A stretch of 44,098 nt of DNA from Vicinamibacterales bacterium (GTDB lineage Bacteria; Acidobacteriota; Vicinamibacteria; Vicinamibacterales; UBA2999), in NCBI GenBank assembly GCA_036795065.1, contig DAIRFN010000004.1, forward strand, positions 1 through 44,098, in the 5' to 3' direction. Numbering within the stretch: the first letter of the stretch is position 1; each line of letters starts with the position of its first letter. Below, piece by piece: positions 18,765-27,156 of this stretch. Position numbers and translations under genes: made by a program. The notes beneath the pieces were generated by a model. That model searched no databases. It was not told the DNA's origin and worked only from the letters and a program-made list of their open reading frames with translations.

Positions 18765-19808
18765 CTACTTCGTGCCGAGGCTTTCCTTGAGGTACGCCAC
18801 GAGCGGCGGCAGCACCTTGTCCGGGGCCTCGAGGTGGGGGACGTGGCCGAGCCCGGGAATCAGGTGCACACGGCCGTTGCCGTTGGGGATGGCCTTGGCC
18901 AGGTCGTTCATCCGCGCCTGGAACGTCGCCGCGGTACCCAGCAGCATGTCCTCCGCGCCACCGAACGCGAGCGTGGGCACCTGGATGTGGGCCCAGTCGT
19001 AGACGACCGGGTCGGCGTACAGCATCTGGCCGATCAGGGCCTGCACCATGGCGAGACGCGGCCAGTCGGCGCTGAGCGTCCAGGAATAGCGAATGCGGGT
19101 GTAGGTTTCGAACTCGTCGTTCCACGCCTTGGGATCGTGCGCCACATAGCGGCTGAGGCCCATGCGCGTGCTCTGGTAGTCGGTCTTGAGGTTCTGTTTG
19201 TACGCCTCGTCGATCGGCGTCATCGGCCGGGAGAACCGCCCGTCGGTGAGCCCGATGGGGTTATAGATCACCACCCGCTCGACGGCCTTGGGATACTGCG
19301 TCGCGAAGCGCGCCGCGAGCATGCCGCCCATCGAGTGGCCCACGACCGCCACCCTCTCGATCTTCTCGTGCTGCAGGATGAGGTGCGTGTTCCGCGCCTG
19401 CGAATTGAAGTTGTACGGCGCGATCGGCTTCGACGACTTGCCGTAGCCGATCTGGTCGGGGACGATGACGCGGAAGCCTTCCCTGGTGAGGGCGTCGATG
19501 ATGGCTTTGAAGTAGAACCCGCCGAAGTTGTTGCCGTGCAGGAGCATCACCGTGTGACCATTCGCCGTGCCCTGCGGCGCCACGTCCATGTACGAGATGC
19601 GGACGTCCTGGCTGTAGACGCTGATGTCGAGATACGTGCTGGGATAGGGATACGGACACTCATCGCAGGTGATGCTGCCGGGCTTCACGTCCGCGGGTGT
19701 GGGGACGGGGGGCAGGACGCTGCGGCCCTGTGCGGCCGCGGACGCGGCGGCCTGGAGCAGCAAGAGCGAGAAGGTGAGCGTTCGCAGGTGTGTGTGCATA
19801 GGTCTCAA
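18765..19808 (-). CDS. Exported alpha/beta-fold hydrolase
   Basis: 347 aa. Signal peptide (LLLLQAAASAAAQ). HGNNFGG oxyanion region and GHSMGG nucleophile elbow. Confidence 0.88.
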   Translation of the reverse strand: MRPMHTHLRTLTFSLLLLQAAASAAAQGRSVLPPVPTPADVKPGSITCDECPYPYPSTYLDISVYSQDVRISYMDVAPQGTANGHTVMLLHGNNFGGFYFKAIIDALTREGFRVIVPDQIGYGKSSKPIAPYNFNSQARNTHLILQHEKIERVAVVGHSMGGMLAARFATQYPKAVERVVIYNPIGLTDGRFSRPMTPIDEAYKQNLKTDYQSTRMGLSRYVAHDPKAWNDEFETYTRIRYSWTLSADWPRLAMVQALIGQMLYADPVVYDWAHIQVPTLAFGGAEDMLLGTAATFQARMNDLAKAIPNGNGRVHLIPGLGHVPHLEAPDKVLPPLVAYLKESLGTK

Positions 19809-19886
19809 TCCCGGCCTGACCCCTCAGGTCGCTGGCGGGAATTGTATGCGAGATGACGCCCGCGGGCGACCGGCGCCTGGGCGGCC

Positions 19887-20714
19887 GTGCTATGTTCGGG
19901 CGTGCTCGACGCATTTGCCGCCTGGCCCGCCGTCTGGCAGGCCCTGGTCGCGACGCTCTTCACGTGGGGTGTCACCGCCCTGGGCGCTGGCGCCGTCTTC
20001 TTCTTCAAGGAAGTCAGCCGGGAAGCCCTCGATAGCGCCCTGGGCTTCACGGCCGGCGTGATGATCGCCGCCAGTTTCTGGTCGCTGCTCAATCCCGCCA
20101 TTGCGTTGTCCGAGGAGATGGGCATGGTGAAGTGGGTTCCCCCCCTGGTGGGGTTCCTGTCGGGCGCCATCTCGATGCGGCTCGTCGACTACATCCTGCC
20201 TCACGTCCACCTCTTCGGCACGATGACGGACGCCGAGGGCATCAAAACGTCGTGGAGGCAGACGACGCTGCTCGTGCTGGCGATCACGCTGCACAACATC
20301 CCGGAAGGACTCGCGATTGGCGTCGCGTTCGGCGCCGTGGCCGCCGGCTACGAATCGGCGACGCTGGGGGCCGCCATCGCGCTGGCGGTGGGCATCGGGA
20401 TTCAGAACGCCCCGGAGGGGACGGCGATCGCGGTACCGTTGCGGCGCGAGGGCCTGTCACGCGCCAGGGCGTGGTGGTACGGGCAGTTGTCGGCCGCCGT
20501 CGAGCCCGTCGCCGGCGTCGTCGGTGCGCTGGCGGTCACGATGATGCGACCGATCCTGCCGTATGCGCTGGCGTTTGCCGCTGGCGCCATGATCTTCGTC
20601 GTCGTCGAAGAGGTGATCCCCGAGTCGCAGTCGGGCGGTCACGGCGATCTCGCGACGCTCGGCGCGATGATCGGCTTTGCCGTGATGATGACGCTCGACG
20701 TGGCTCTCGGTTAG
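19887..20714 (+). CDS. ZIP-family divalent metal permease (ZupT/GufA-like)
   Basis: 275 aa with HNIPEGLAIGVAF and QNAPEGTAIAVPL ZIP signatures. Start uncertain (GTG 19887 or in-frame GTG 19902). Confidence 0.85.
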   Translation: MLCSGVLDAFAAWPAVWQALVATLFTWGVTALGAGAVFFFKEVSREALDSALGFTAGVMIAASFWSLLNPAIALSEEMGMVKWVPPLVGFLSGAISMRLVDYILPHVHLFGTMTDAEGIKTSWRQTTLLVLAITLHNIPEGLAIGVAFGAVAAGYESATLGAAIALAVGIGIQNAPEGTAIAVPLRREGLSRARAWWYGQLSAAVEPVAGVVGALAVTMMRPILPYALAFAAGAMIFVVVEEVIPESQSGGHGDLATLGAMIGFAVMMTLDVALG

Positions 20715-20800
20715 CCGAGCGCCTGCCCGTAGCCCATTCGGCCGCCTCGGTGCCACAAGCCGGAACGAACACGGTCAGCCGTGAGAGATGTCCCACGCGA

Positions 20801-21544
20801 TCAGGTGTGGAACACGGCTCTCGTGACGAGGATTAAGCAAACGCCCGAGACGAACGCGCCGAAATGAATGAGGTTGTTGCTCAGCTGCCGGTCGTGCTTC
20901 ACCTCCGGAATCAAGTCCGAGGCGGCGATGTACAGGAAGTTGCCGGCCGCGAACGACAGGAGGAACGTGATGTCGAAGTCCGCCGAGAGGTAATACGCCA
21001 GCAGCGCGCCAGGCACAATTGTCGCGGCTGAAATGAAGTTGGCAACCAGTGCAGGGATTTTGCCCCAACCGCCTCGGATGAGAATTCCGAAATCCCCGAG
21101 CTCCTGCGGAACCTCGTGCGCGGCTGCGGCAATCCACGTGATGACCCCCACCTCGGTGCTGACCATGAACGACGCGCCGATGGCGAGGCCGCCGATGAAG
21201 TTGTGGAGGCCGTCCGCGAGGAGGATGAGATAGGTGACGGGTTGTTTCACATCCGCTTCGACGGAATGTGCGTGGTGCCAGGAGAGAAACTGCTCCATCA
21301 GGAAGAACAGGGCGAACCCTCCGAGGGCCGGCAGGAACGTGCCGAGACCTGGCCCGCTGGCCGCGACGGCCTCGGGCAGCAGGTGCAGCAACGCCCCACC
21401 CAACAGCGACCCCGCTGCGAATGCCACCAGCGGAAGGAGGAGGGCCTTGAGCTGCGCCTCTTTCAGGGCGGCCGCGAGCAACCCGACCCACGCGATGGCG
21501 CTCATGGCCAGCGCGCTGGCGACAATCCACGTCAGCGTGGACAC
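20801..21544 (-). CDS. ZIP-family metal permease (second, diverged copy)
   Basis: 247 aa with DGLHNFIGGLAIGASF and HEVPQELGDFGIL ZIP motifs. Convergent with the first ZIP gene. Confidence 0.88.
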   Translation of the reverse strand: MSTLTWIVASALAMSAIAWVGLLAAALKEAQLKALLLPLVAFAAGSLLGGALLHLLPEAVAASGPGLGTFLPALGGFALFFLMEQFLSWHHAHSVEADVKQPVTYLILLADGLHNFIGGLAIGASFMVSTEVGVITWIAAAAHEVPQELGDFGILIRGGWGKIPALVANFISAATIVPGALLAYYLSADFDITFLLSFAAGNFLYIAASDLIPEVKHDRQLSNNLIHFGAFVSGVCLILVTRAVFHT

Positions 21545-21756
21545 GGCAACTCCTCAGGGGTCCCTCTGCGACGGGCTGCCATCATCTGGATCATGTCGTT
21601 CGTGGGAACAAGCGCCTCGGCTCCACACATGCCGGATTCCCGCCAGTTCACATCAGCACATCGCGCGCGATTGGCGGCATCAAGGGGTGACGACGGCGGA
21701 TACAACGCGCCCAACCTGAGCACGAGACTTGCATAACTGTCAAGCGGGGGTGGCCC

Positions 21757-22218
21757 ATGAAAGTCCACGACATCATGACGGGGGATGCACTCTCGTGTCA
21801 GACCGACTCGGACCTTTCGTCGGCCGCACGGATCATGCTGAATGGCCGTGTCGGGACGCTGCCGGTCGTCGACGCTCGTGGACACGTGACCGGGATGCTC
21901 ACCGATCGAGACATTGCGATGGCGACGGGTCTCCGCGTGCGGCACGCCGCGGACATCGCGGTTCACGAGGCCATGAGTGGCCGTGTCCGCGGCTGCCTTG
22001 CCTATGACGACGTTGCCGCGGCCCTCAGGCTGATGCAGGATGCACGTGTGCGCCGGCTGCCCGTTCTCGACGCGAACGGTCGTCTTGCCGGCATCCTGTC
22101 GATTGACGACATTCTCCTGCGCGCGGTCGGCGAAGAGGACGGCATTGCGCCGGCGGACTTCCTGAGCGCCATGCGCGTGATAGCTGCAGGACCGAGTGTC
22201 GAGCCCGAGGTGAGCTGA
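21757..22218 (+). CDS. CBS-pair domain protein
   Basis: 153 aa. MKVHDIMTGDALSC...LPVVDARGHVTGMLTDRDI and RRLPVLDANGRLAGILSIDDIL, two CBS repeats. Confidence 0.85.
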   Translation: MKVHDIMTGDALSCQTDSDLSSAARIMLNGRVGTLPVVDARGHVTGMLTDRDIAMATGLRVRHAADIAVHEAMSGRVRGCLAYDDVAAALRLMQDARVRRLPVLDANGRLAGILSIDDILLRAVGEEDGIAPADFLSAMRVIAAGPSVEPEVS

Positions 22219-22236
22219 AAGGACGTCACGAGGCCG

Positions 22237-22575
22237 ATGTTTCACGCGCTGCATGTGATGTTCGAGACACAGGATAGCGAGCTCGCCGTCGCGGTGGACG
22301 ACATCGCCGAGCGCGTTCGCGCGCTTGGCTTCCCAGCGCCCGGCACTTACAAGCAGTTCGCGCAGCTCTCCTCGATCAAGGACGAGGACGGGGTGCCCAA
22401 AGCGCAGGACATGATTCGGTTGCTCGTCGACGGCCACGAGACGGTGGCGCGCACCGCCCGGGAGGTCTTCAAGGTCGCGGAGGGTGTGAGCGACCAGCCG
22501 ACCTGCGACTTGCTCACCCAGCGCATGCAGGTGCACGAGAAGACGGCGTGGATGCTGCGAAGCCTGCTCGAATAG
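22237..22575 (+). CDS. Dps/ferritin-like protein, N-terminally truncated relative to canonical Dps
   Basis: 112 aa starting MFHALHVMFETQDSELAVAVDDIAERVRALG, which matches Dps helices B onward. The roughly 45-aa helix-A region has no room upstream. GAGG lies 3 nt before the ATG. Confidence 0.7.
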   Translation: MFHALHVMFETQDSELAVAVDDIAERVRALGFPAPGTYKQFAQLSSIKDEDGVPKAQDMIRLLVDGHETVARTAREVFKVAEGVSDQPTCDLLTQRMQVHEKTAWMLRSLLE

Positions 22576-22886
22576 GGCAGCATCGGGTCGCGGCCCCAGG
22601 CCGCTGAAAGGAGCCGACCGTGCGGCGAGTTCATGACCGTCCGCCTCAGGCGCCCACAGCCCGGTCCAGTGCACGGCCCCAACGGGGCACGAGCGTGGAG
22701 CACCATGCCAGCACCTGTCGATGGGCCGTTCCGACGCTATTCCTTCCGGCGCCATTCTGGTGGGAGGCAGAGGATCGTCCGTGGGCCTGCCTTCGTGAGG
22801 CGACGCCTCGCGTACTGGAGACGACGGAGGTGTGCGCCGACTGCCCGTACTGGGAGGCGCGTACCCGGAGGCGGCTGAAGGCGTCC

Positions 22887-23330
22887 GTGACAGCGACTGA
22901 AGCCCTTCGCGAGGCCCTTGAGGACACGTACCGCGTGCGCGCGACCTGCCGGAAGGTCATCGAGGCCTTCGGGCCCGTTCGGCCGTTCGTCGACATCCGG
23001 CAAGAGGAGGAACGCCATGCGAGGTCTCTGCGCGCGCTTTTCGGTCGCCTCGGCGTTGAGGCGCCGCACGACACGTGGCCACCTCGAGTATCCGTGCCAG
23101 ATACCCTCGTCGCCGCATGCGCTGCGGCCAGTCGTGCCGAGCTGGAGCGGCAGGCGATGTACGAGCGCCTGATCCCAGTCGTTCGTGATGTAGCGGCGCG
23201 CAGGATCCTGCGGCGGATCCAGCGGGCATCCTCCAGCCGTTATCTGCCCGCCTTCAGACGCTGTTTCGTGCGCGCACTGAAGCCCACCGGACGCCCACGG
23301 GGCGTGCGGCTCGGGCGTTCGACGTCGTGA
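22887..23330 (+). CDS. Ferritin-like (DUF2202-type) protein; start uncertain
   Basis: Core ALREALEDTYRVRATCRKVIEAFG..FVDIRQEEERHARSLRALFGRLG plus a second half-repeat ELERQAMYERL...RRIQRASSSRYLPAF. GTG 22887 has GAAGG 5 nt upstream. The open frame extends upstream to 22620 without recognisable content. Confidence 0.5.
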   Translation: MTATEALREALEDTYRVRATCRKVIEAFGPVRPFVDIRQEEERHARSLRALFGRLGVEAPHDTWPPRVSVPDTLVAACAAASRAELERQAMYERLIPVVRDVAARRILRRIQRASSSRYLPAFRRCFVRALKPTGRPRGVRLGRSTS

Positions 23331-23378
23331 ACGGGCTGTCGATCGGGCTCCGTGTCAAGAGACCCGAGAACTCCGGGC

Positions 23379-24191
23379 TCAGTCGAACAGCGTCTGGCCG
23401 TATCGAACGGGACCGCCACCGTGGGACCGCGTGACACTCGCGCCGACGAGCACGACCACCGTTGATCCCAGGTGGAATGTACCAATCTGGTCGCCACGAC
23501 GAACCGCGCTCGGCGGCTCGATGACGTGATCGCCTTGCGGCAGGGCTGGCGCCGGCAGCATCGGGACCGTGATGCGGCCGACGCAGAAGGCGCCAACCAG
23601 GACGACGGCGACCCTCCCGAAGTCCCTGGTATCGAGGAAGACGACGACACGCTCGTTCCGGACAAGAAGCCGCGGGACATGGCGCTCGCCGAGGGTGTTC
23701 ACGGGATACAGGTCCCCGGCAATTCGGCGGACGTGTCGAATCGCCCCATCAACCGGCGCATGGACGTGGTGATAGTCGCCGGGGGCGAGATAGACGACCG
23801 CATACGAGCCGTCAAGGTAGGCGTCCGCGGGTTCACCGATGAGCTCGTGCGCACCATACTCCTGTGCTTTGACGCGGAACCGTGCCCCGCTTTCAATGCG
23901 CCCGAGGGCGACGAGGCGACCGTCAGCAGGCGAGACGACGCGCGCCTGACTGATCTCTCGCGCGCCGGGACGCAACGAGCGGGTGAAGAACGCGTCGAAC
24001 GTCGGATAGGCATCTCGCCGAGGCGAGACGTCAGTCATGTCGACGCCGTAGACACGCACGTAGGCGCGTTCAATCGCGCGCGAGATGGAGGAAGGCAATC
24101 GCCGGTCGCACAGTCTTCCCACCCCGCGGCTGAGACGCGCCCGCGGGAGGGCGCGAAGAACCTGGGCTGACAGCCACGTACCGAGTTTCAT
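23379..24191 (-). CDS. psd: Phosphatidylserine decarboxylase proenzyme
   Basis: 270 aa. YHHVHAP block and the FHLGSTVVVL self-cleavage (LGST) site. Confidence 0.9.
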   Translation of the reverse strand: MKLGTWLSAQVLRALPRARLSRGVGRLCDRRLPSSISRAIERAYVRVYGVDMTDVSPRRDAYPTFDAFFTRSLRPGAREISQARVVSPADGRLVALGRIESGARFRVKAQEYGAHELIGEPADAYLDGSYAVVYLAPGDYHHVHAPVDGAIRHVRRIAGDLYPVNTLGERHVPRLLVRNERVVVFLDTRDFGRVAVVLVGAFCVGRITVPMLPAPALPQGDHVIEPPSAVRRGDQIGTFHLGSTVVVLVGASVTRSHGGGPVRYGQTLFD

Positions 24192-24229
24192 GCGCTATAA
24201 CTCAACGCCCATCGCGATCGCCGTCCCGC

Positions 24230-25273
24230 TCATTCGAGACAGGTGCCATGCTGTTTCGTCGGACTTGTGTGTTCGAGATCGACCCCCCGATGCAGCCGGG
24301 CGAGCGCCAGTAGCACGCGCCGCTGCAGATCGTCATCGGCTCCCGGCATGCCCTCCTCCAGCGCAACGGCTTCTTCTGCCGCATCGTACGACATCCGGCA
24401 GAGGAGGTCGGCCTTCTCCTGTTCCGTCAGGCGGGGGTCTCTGAGAATCTCTTCAGGGGTCATCGCGTCTCGATCCGCGCTCGGCTCAAGCGTACCCCAA
24501 GACGCCTGTGGTCGCTCCACAACGATCGAGTGGGCCACCTGATCCCCGGACCTCACCAGGCGCTGTGAACCGATCGGCTTCCACGATCGGCCCGGCTCGG
24601 CGCTGAGCGTGAGGCCGGGGGCGCCGTCAATGGATGGCAACGCGCATCGGCCCGCGACCACCACGACAAACGCCCCTCGCCCCGTGCCAGGACGAAGCGG
24701 CTCGATCTCGGTGATATCCGACAGGGGCCGACTCAATGTCTGCCCCCATGCTCGGACGGTGAAACCCGCTTGGCGGAGCAGCAGGTCCACGTCCGCCACC
24801 GAATAGAAGACGGCGTCCCGATAGAAGACGCTCTCAGAACGGTGGGTCACGTAGTGCTGACCGATCGGACTGTCTCGGTCCACGAAGCCAATGATCAGCG
24901 CGCCCTCGGGGCGAAGGACGCGACGCGCCTCGGCCATCATGGCCTGTGGCGAATCGACGAAGCAGATGGTCGTTACGACGAGCGCATAATCGAAGCTCTG
25001 GTCGGCGAAAGGAAGGGCTTCGGCAGTACTCGCCACAACCTCGATCCCCCGACGGGCAGCCCGGGCGAGCATCCGGATGGACGGGTCGACACCGACGCGC
25101 ACGCCGAGCGGTGCGGCAAACCGCGCCGTACCCACACCGATTTCCAGGCCGCGCCCTCCCCATGGCACGAACGGGCGCAGCGCCAGCAGTTCTGACGCGT
25201 AGGCGGCGCGGTGCTCCTCGAACCAGTCCTCGTACCGCTGGTGGTGGCTCTCAAACGGCTGCGTTCTCGGCAA
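24230..25273 (-). CDS. Class I SAM-dependent methyltransferase with about 140-aa C-terminal extension
   Basis: 347 aa, TTG start. Motif I LEIGVGTARFA. Post-I/II ALPFADQSFDYALV and RVLRPEGALIIG. The methyltransferase fold ends near FVVVVAGR. The same frame continues through a linker into MTPEEILRDPRLTEQEKADLLCRMSYDAAEEAVALEEGMPG... Confidence 0.75.
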   Translation of the reverse strand: MPRTQPFESHHQRYEDWFEEHRAAYASELLALRPFVPWGGRGLEIGVGTARFAAPLGVRVGVDPSIRMLARAARRGIEVVASTAEALPFADQSFDYALVVTTICFVDSPQAMMAEARRVLRPEGALIIGFVDRDSPIGQHYVTHRSESVFYRDAVFYSVADVDLLLRQAGFTVRAWGQTLSRPLSDITEIEPLRPGTGRGAFVVVVAGRCALPSIDGAPGLTLSAEPGRSWKPIGSQRLVRSGDQVAHSIVVERPQASWGTLEPSADRDAMTPEEILRDPRLTEQEKADLLCRMSYDAAEEAVALEEGMPGADDDLQRRVLLALARLHRGVDLEHTSPTKQHGTCLE

Positions 25274-25440
25274 ACCTCGTCCTCGTCGGATGCAAGTGCG
25301 AGGCTAGTCCTCCGGGCCGCGCGCGTCAACGTGTGCCGGGACCCTCCGGTCGCGCGAGGTAGACTCTGCTCGATGCATGGTTGCCGTTGTCCCGGCCTTG
25401 CCGGGACAGGCAGCATCACCGGCCGAGAGGAGCATCAGTC

Positions 25441-26436
25441 ATGAACGCGAGTGCCCGGAAGGATCCGCTCCCCGCTTCCGCATTGACGATCTTCGGCCCC
25501 GTGCCGTCACGTCGTCTTGGACAAAGCGTGGGGATCGGCAACGTGCCGCCGAAAACCTGCTCGTACTCCTGCGTCTATTGCCAGGTGGGCCCGACGCCTG
25601 CCACGGAGATCGAGCCCCGTTCGTTCTGGTCGCCCGGTACAGTCGCCGAAGCCGTCAGGCGTCACGTGGACAAGCTTCGCGCCCGCAACGAGCGCGTGGA
25701 CTTTCTCACCTTCGTGCCCGACGGCGAGCCGACGCTCGATCGTGATCTCGGTGCAGAAATCGACGGGCTCCGATCGCTCGACATCCCGATTGCGGTGATT
25801 TCCAATGGTTCGCTGGTCTGGCGCGCCGACGCGCGCGCGGCGCTCGGCAAGGCCGATTGGGTGTCGTTGAAGGTCGATGCGGCTGACGAGGCCACCTGGC
25901 GGAAGGTCAACCGTCCCCAGGCATCGCTCACATTCGCCACCCTACTCGAGGGCATGCTCCAGTTCGCTGCCGAGTTTCACGGCGAGCTGGCGACCGAGAC
26001 GATGCTGATCCGGGGTGTCAACGATACCGATGCGGCCATCGAGGCCGCTGCCGAGTTGGTGGAACGCCTGCGCCCCCGCATCGCCTACGTGGCGGCGCCG
26101 ACTCGCCCGCCCGCCGAGCCGTGGGTCCTGCCCGCAAGCGAGGAGTCGACGAATCGCGCGTTCCAACGCTTCGCGGAACGGCTGCCGCGTGTGGAGCTGC
26201 TCACGGGGTTCGAGGGCACCGGCTTCGGTACCACCGGTGACGCCGTGCACGACCTCCTGGCGATCACTGCGGTTCATCCCATGCGGGACGATGCGGTATT
26301 CGCGCTACTGACGAAAAACCAGGCCGACCGGGGAGTCCTCGATCGCCTGGTTGCGGACGGCTTGCTTCGCCCCGTGACATACCGGGACCGGACCTTCTAC
26401 CTTCGTCGGTTTACCGGAGTGGGGGAGCCTTCGTAG
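25441..26436 (+). CDS. Radical SAM protein
   Basis: ATG 25441 with GAGAGGAG upstream. CSYSCVYC (Cx3Cx2C) cluster near the N-terminus. 331 aa. Divergent from the methyltransferase gene. Confidence 0.85.
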   Translation: MNASARKDPLPASALTIFGPVPSRRLGQSVGIGNVPPKTCSYSCVYCQVGPTPATEIEPRSFWSPGTVAEAVRRHVDKLRARNERVDFLTFVPDGEPTLDRDLGAEIDGLRSLDIPIAVISNGSLVWRADARAALGKADWVSLKVDAADEATWRKVNRPQASLTFATLLEGMLQFAAEFHGELATETMLIRGVNDTDAAIEAAAELVERLRPRIAYVAAPTRPPAEPWVLPASEESTNRAFQRFAERLPRVELLTGFEGTGFGTTGDAVHDLLAITAVHPMRDDAVFALLTKNQADRGVLDRLVADGLLRPVTYRDRTFYLRRFTGVGEPS

Positions 26437-26523
26437 CCCACGCGTCAGCCGGAGACGGCTCGGTACGGAAGACCTGCTAGACTTCAGTGCGATGGTCCCC
26501 GCAGGGCACCCAGGGAGAAGACG

Positions 26524-26976
26524 ATGAAGATTCTGGTAGCAACCGACGGTTCGCCCTCGAGTGGAGCGGCCGTGGCCTCCGTGGCCGCGCAGCCGTGGCC
26601 CGAGGGAACCCAGATCGAAGTGCTCACGGTCATCCATACTGCCGTGCCGTTCCTTCTCGAGCCGACCTATTCCATCATTTTCATCCACATGGACCAGTTG
26701 GAGAAGGGGCGCAAGCACGCACCGGAGCTCGTCGAGAACGCGGCCGCCCGCATCAGACGCCCGGGGCTGACCGTGACGACGCAGGTTCTCGAAGGTGCCC
26801 CCAAGCATCTGATCGTCGAGGAAGCTGAGCGCTTTGGCGCCGACCTCATCGTCCTCGGCACCCACGGCCATGGTCCCGCGGGCCGCTTCCTTCTCGGATC
26901 TGTCGCTCACTCGGTCGTCCTGCACGCGCCGTGCTCGGTGGAAGTGGTTCGCACGCGCCAGCAAGCAACGGGGTAG
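26524..26976 (+). CDS. Universal stress protein (UspA family)
   Basis: 150 aa. MKILVATDGS... and LIVLGTHGHGPAGRFLLGSVAHSVVLHAPCSVEVV nucleotide-binding signature. Confidence 0.9.
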   Translation: MKILVATDGSPSSGAAVASVAAQPWPEGTQIEVLTVIHTAVPFLLEPTYSIIFIHMDQLEKGRKHAPELVENAAARIRRPGLTVTTQVLEGAPKHLIVEEAERFGADLIVLGTHGHGPAGRFLLGSVAHSVVLHAPCSVEVVRTRQQATG

Positions 26977-27156
26977 CCCCTTATGGGGTCGATGGCATCA
27001 GCGACGGTCCGGCGACTCGAACCCGTCGGACAGCAGGGGTGTCGGCGACTACCTGACGCTCGAGGCGTGAACGGATCGTGGAGTGGGTGCCGGTCTCGCG
27101 AACCGGCCGCCCCCTCCCACGCGGAGCGCGCCCACATGTGCCGGTGGCGCTGGTCC

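Noticed and set aside
21725-21741. CTTGCATAACTGTCAAG upstream of the CBS gene as a third copy of the ArsR-rhodanese operator.
   Set aside because: It shares only the GTCAAG half-site. The spacing and the TTGAATA arm are absent, so this is probably coincidence or part of an ordinary promoter.
22216-22236. The TGA between the CBS ORF and the in-frame Dps-like ORF as a second selenocysteine or read-through site.
   Set aside because: No stable hairpin follows the TGA. The Dps-like ORF has its own ATG with GAGG upstream. The residues flanking the TGA do not correspond to any conserved Cys motif, and the CBS tail does not resemble Dps helix A.
27005-27045. tRNA-like TTCGA motif (minus strand ...GACGGGTTCGAGTCGCCGG...) in the Usp/flavoprotein intergenic region.
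   Set aside because: The flanking bases do not form a 5-bp T-stem around a TTCGAGT loop. No acceptor, D or anticodon arms could be built by eye, so this looks like a chance match.
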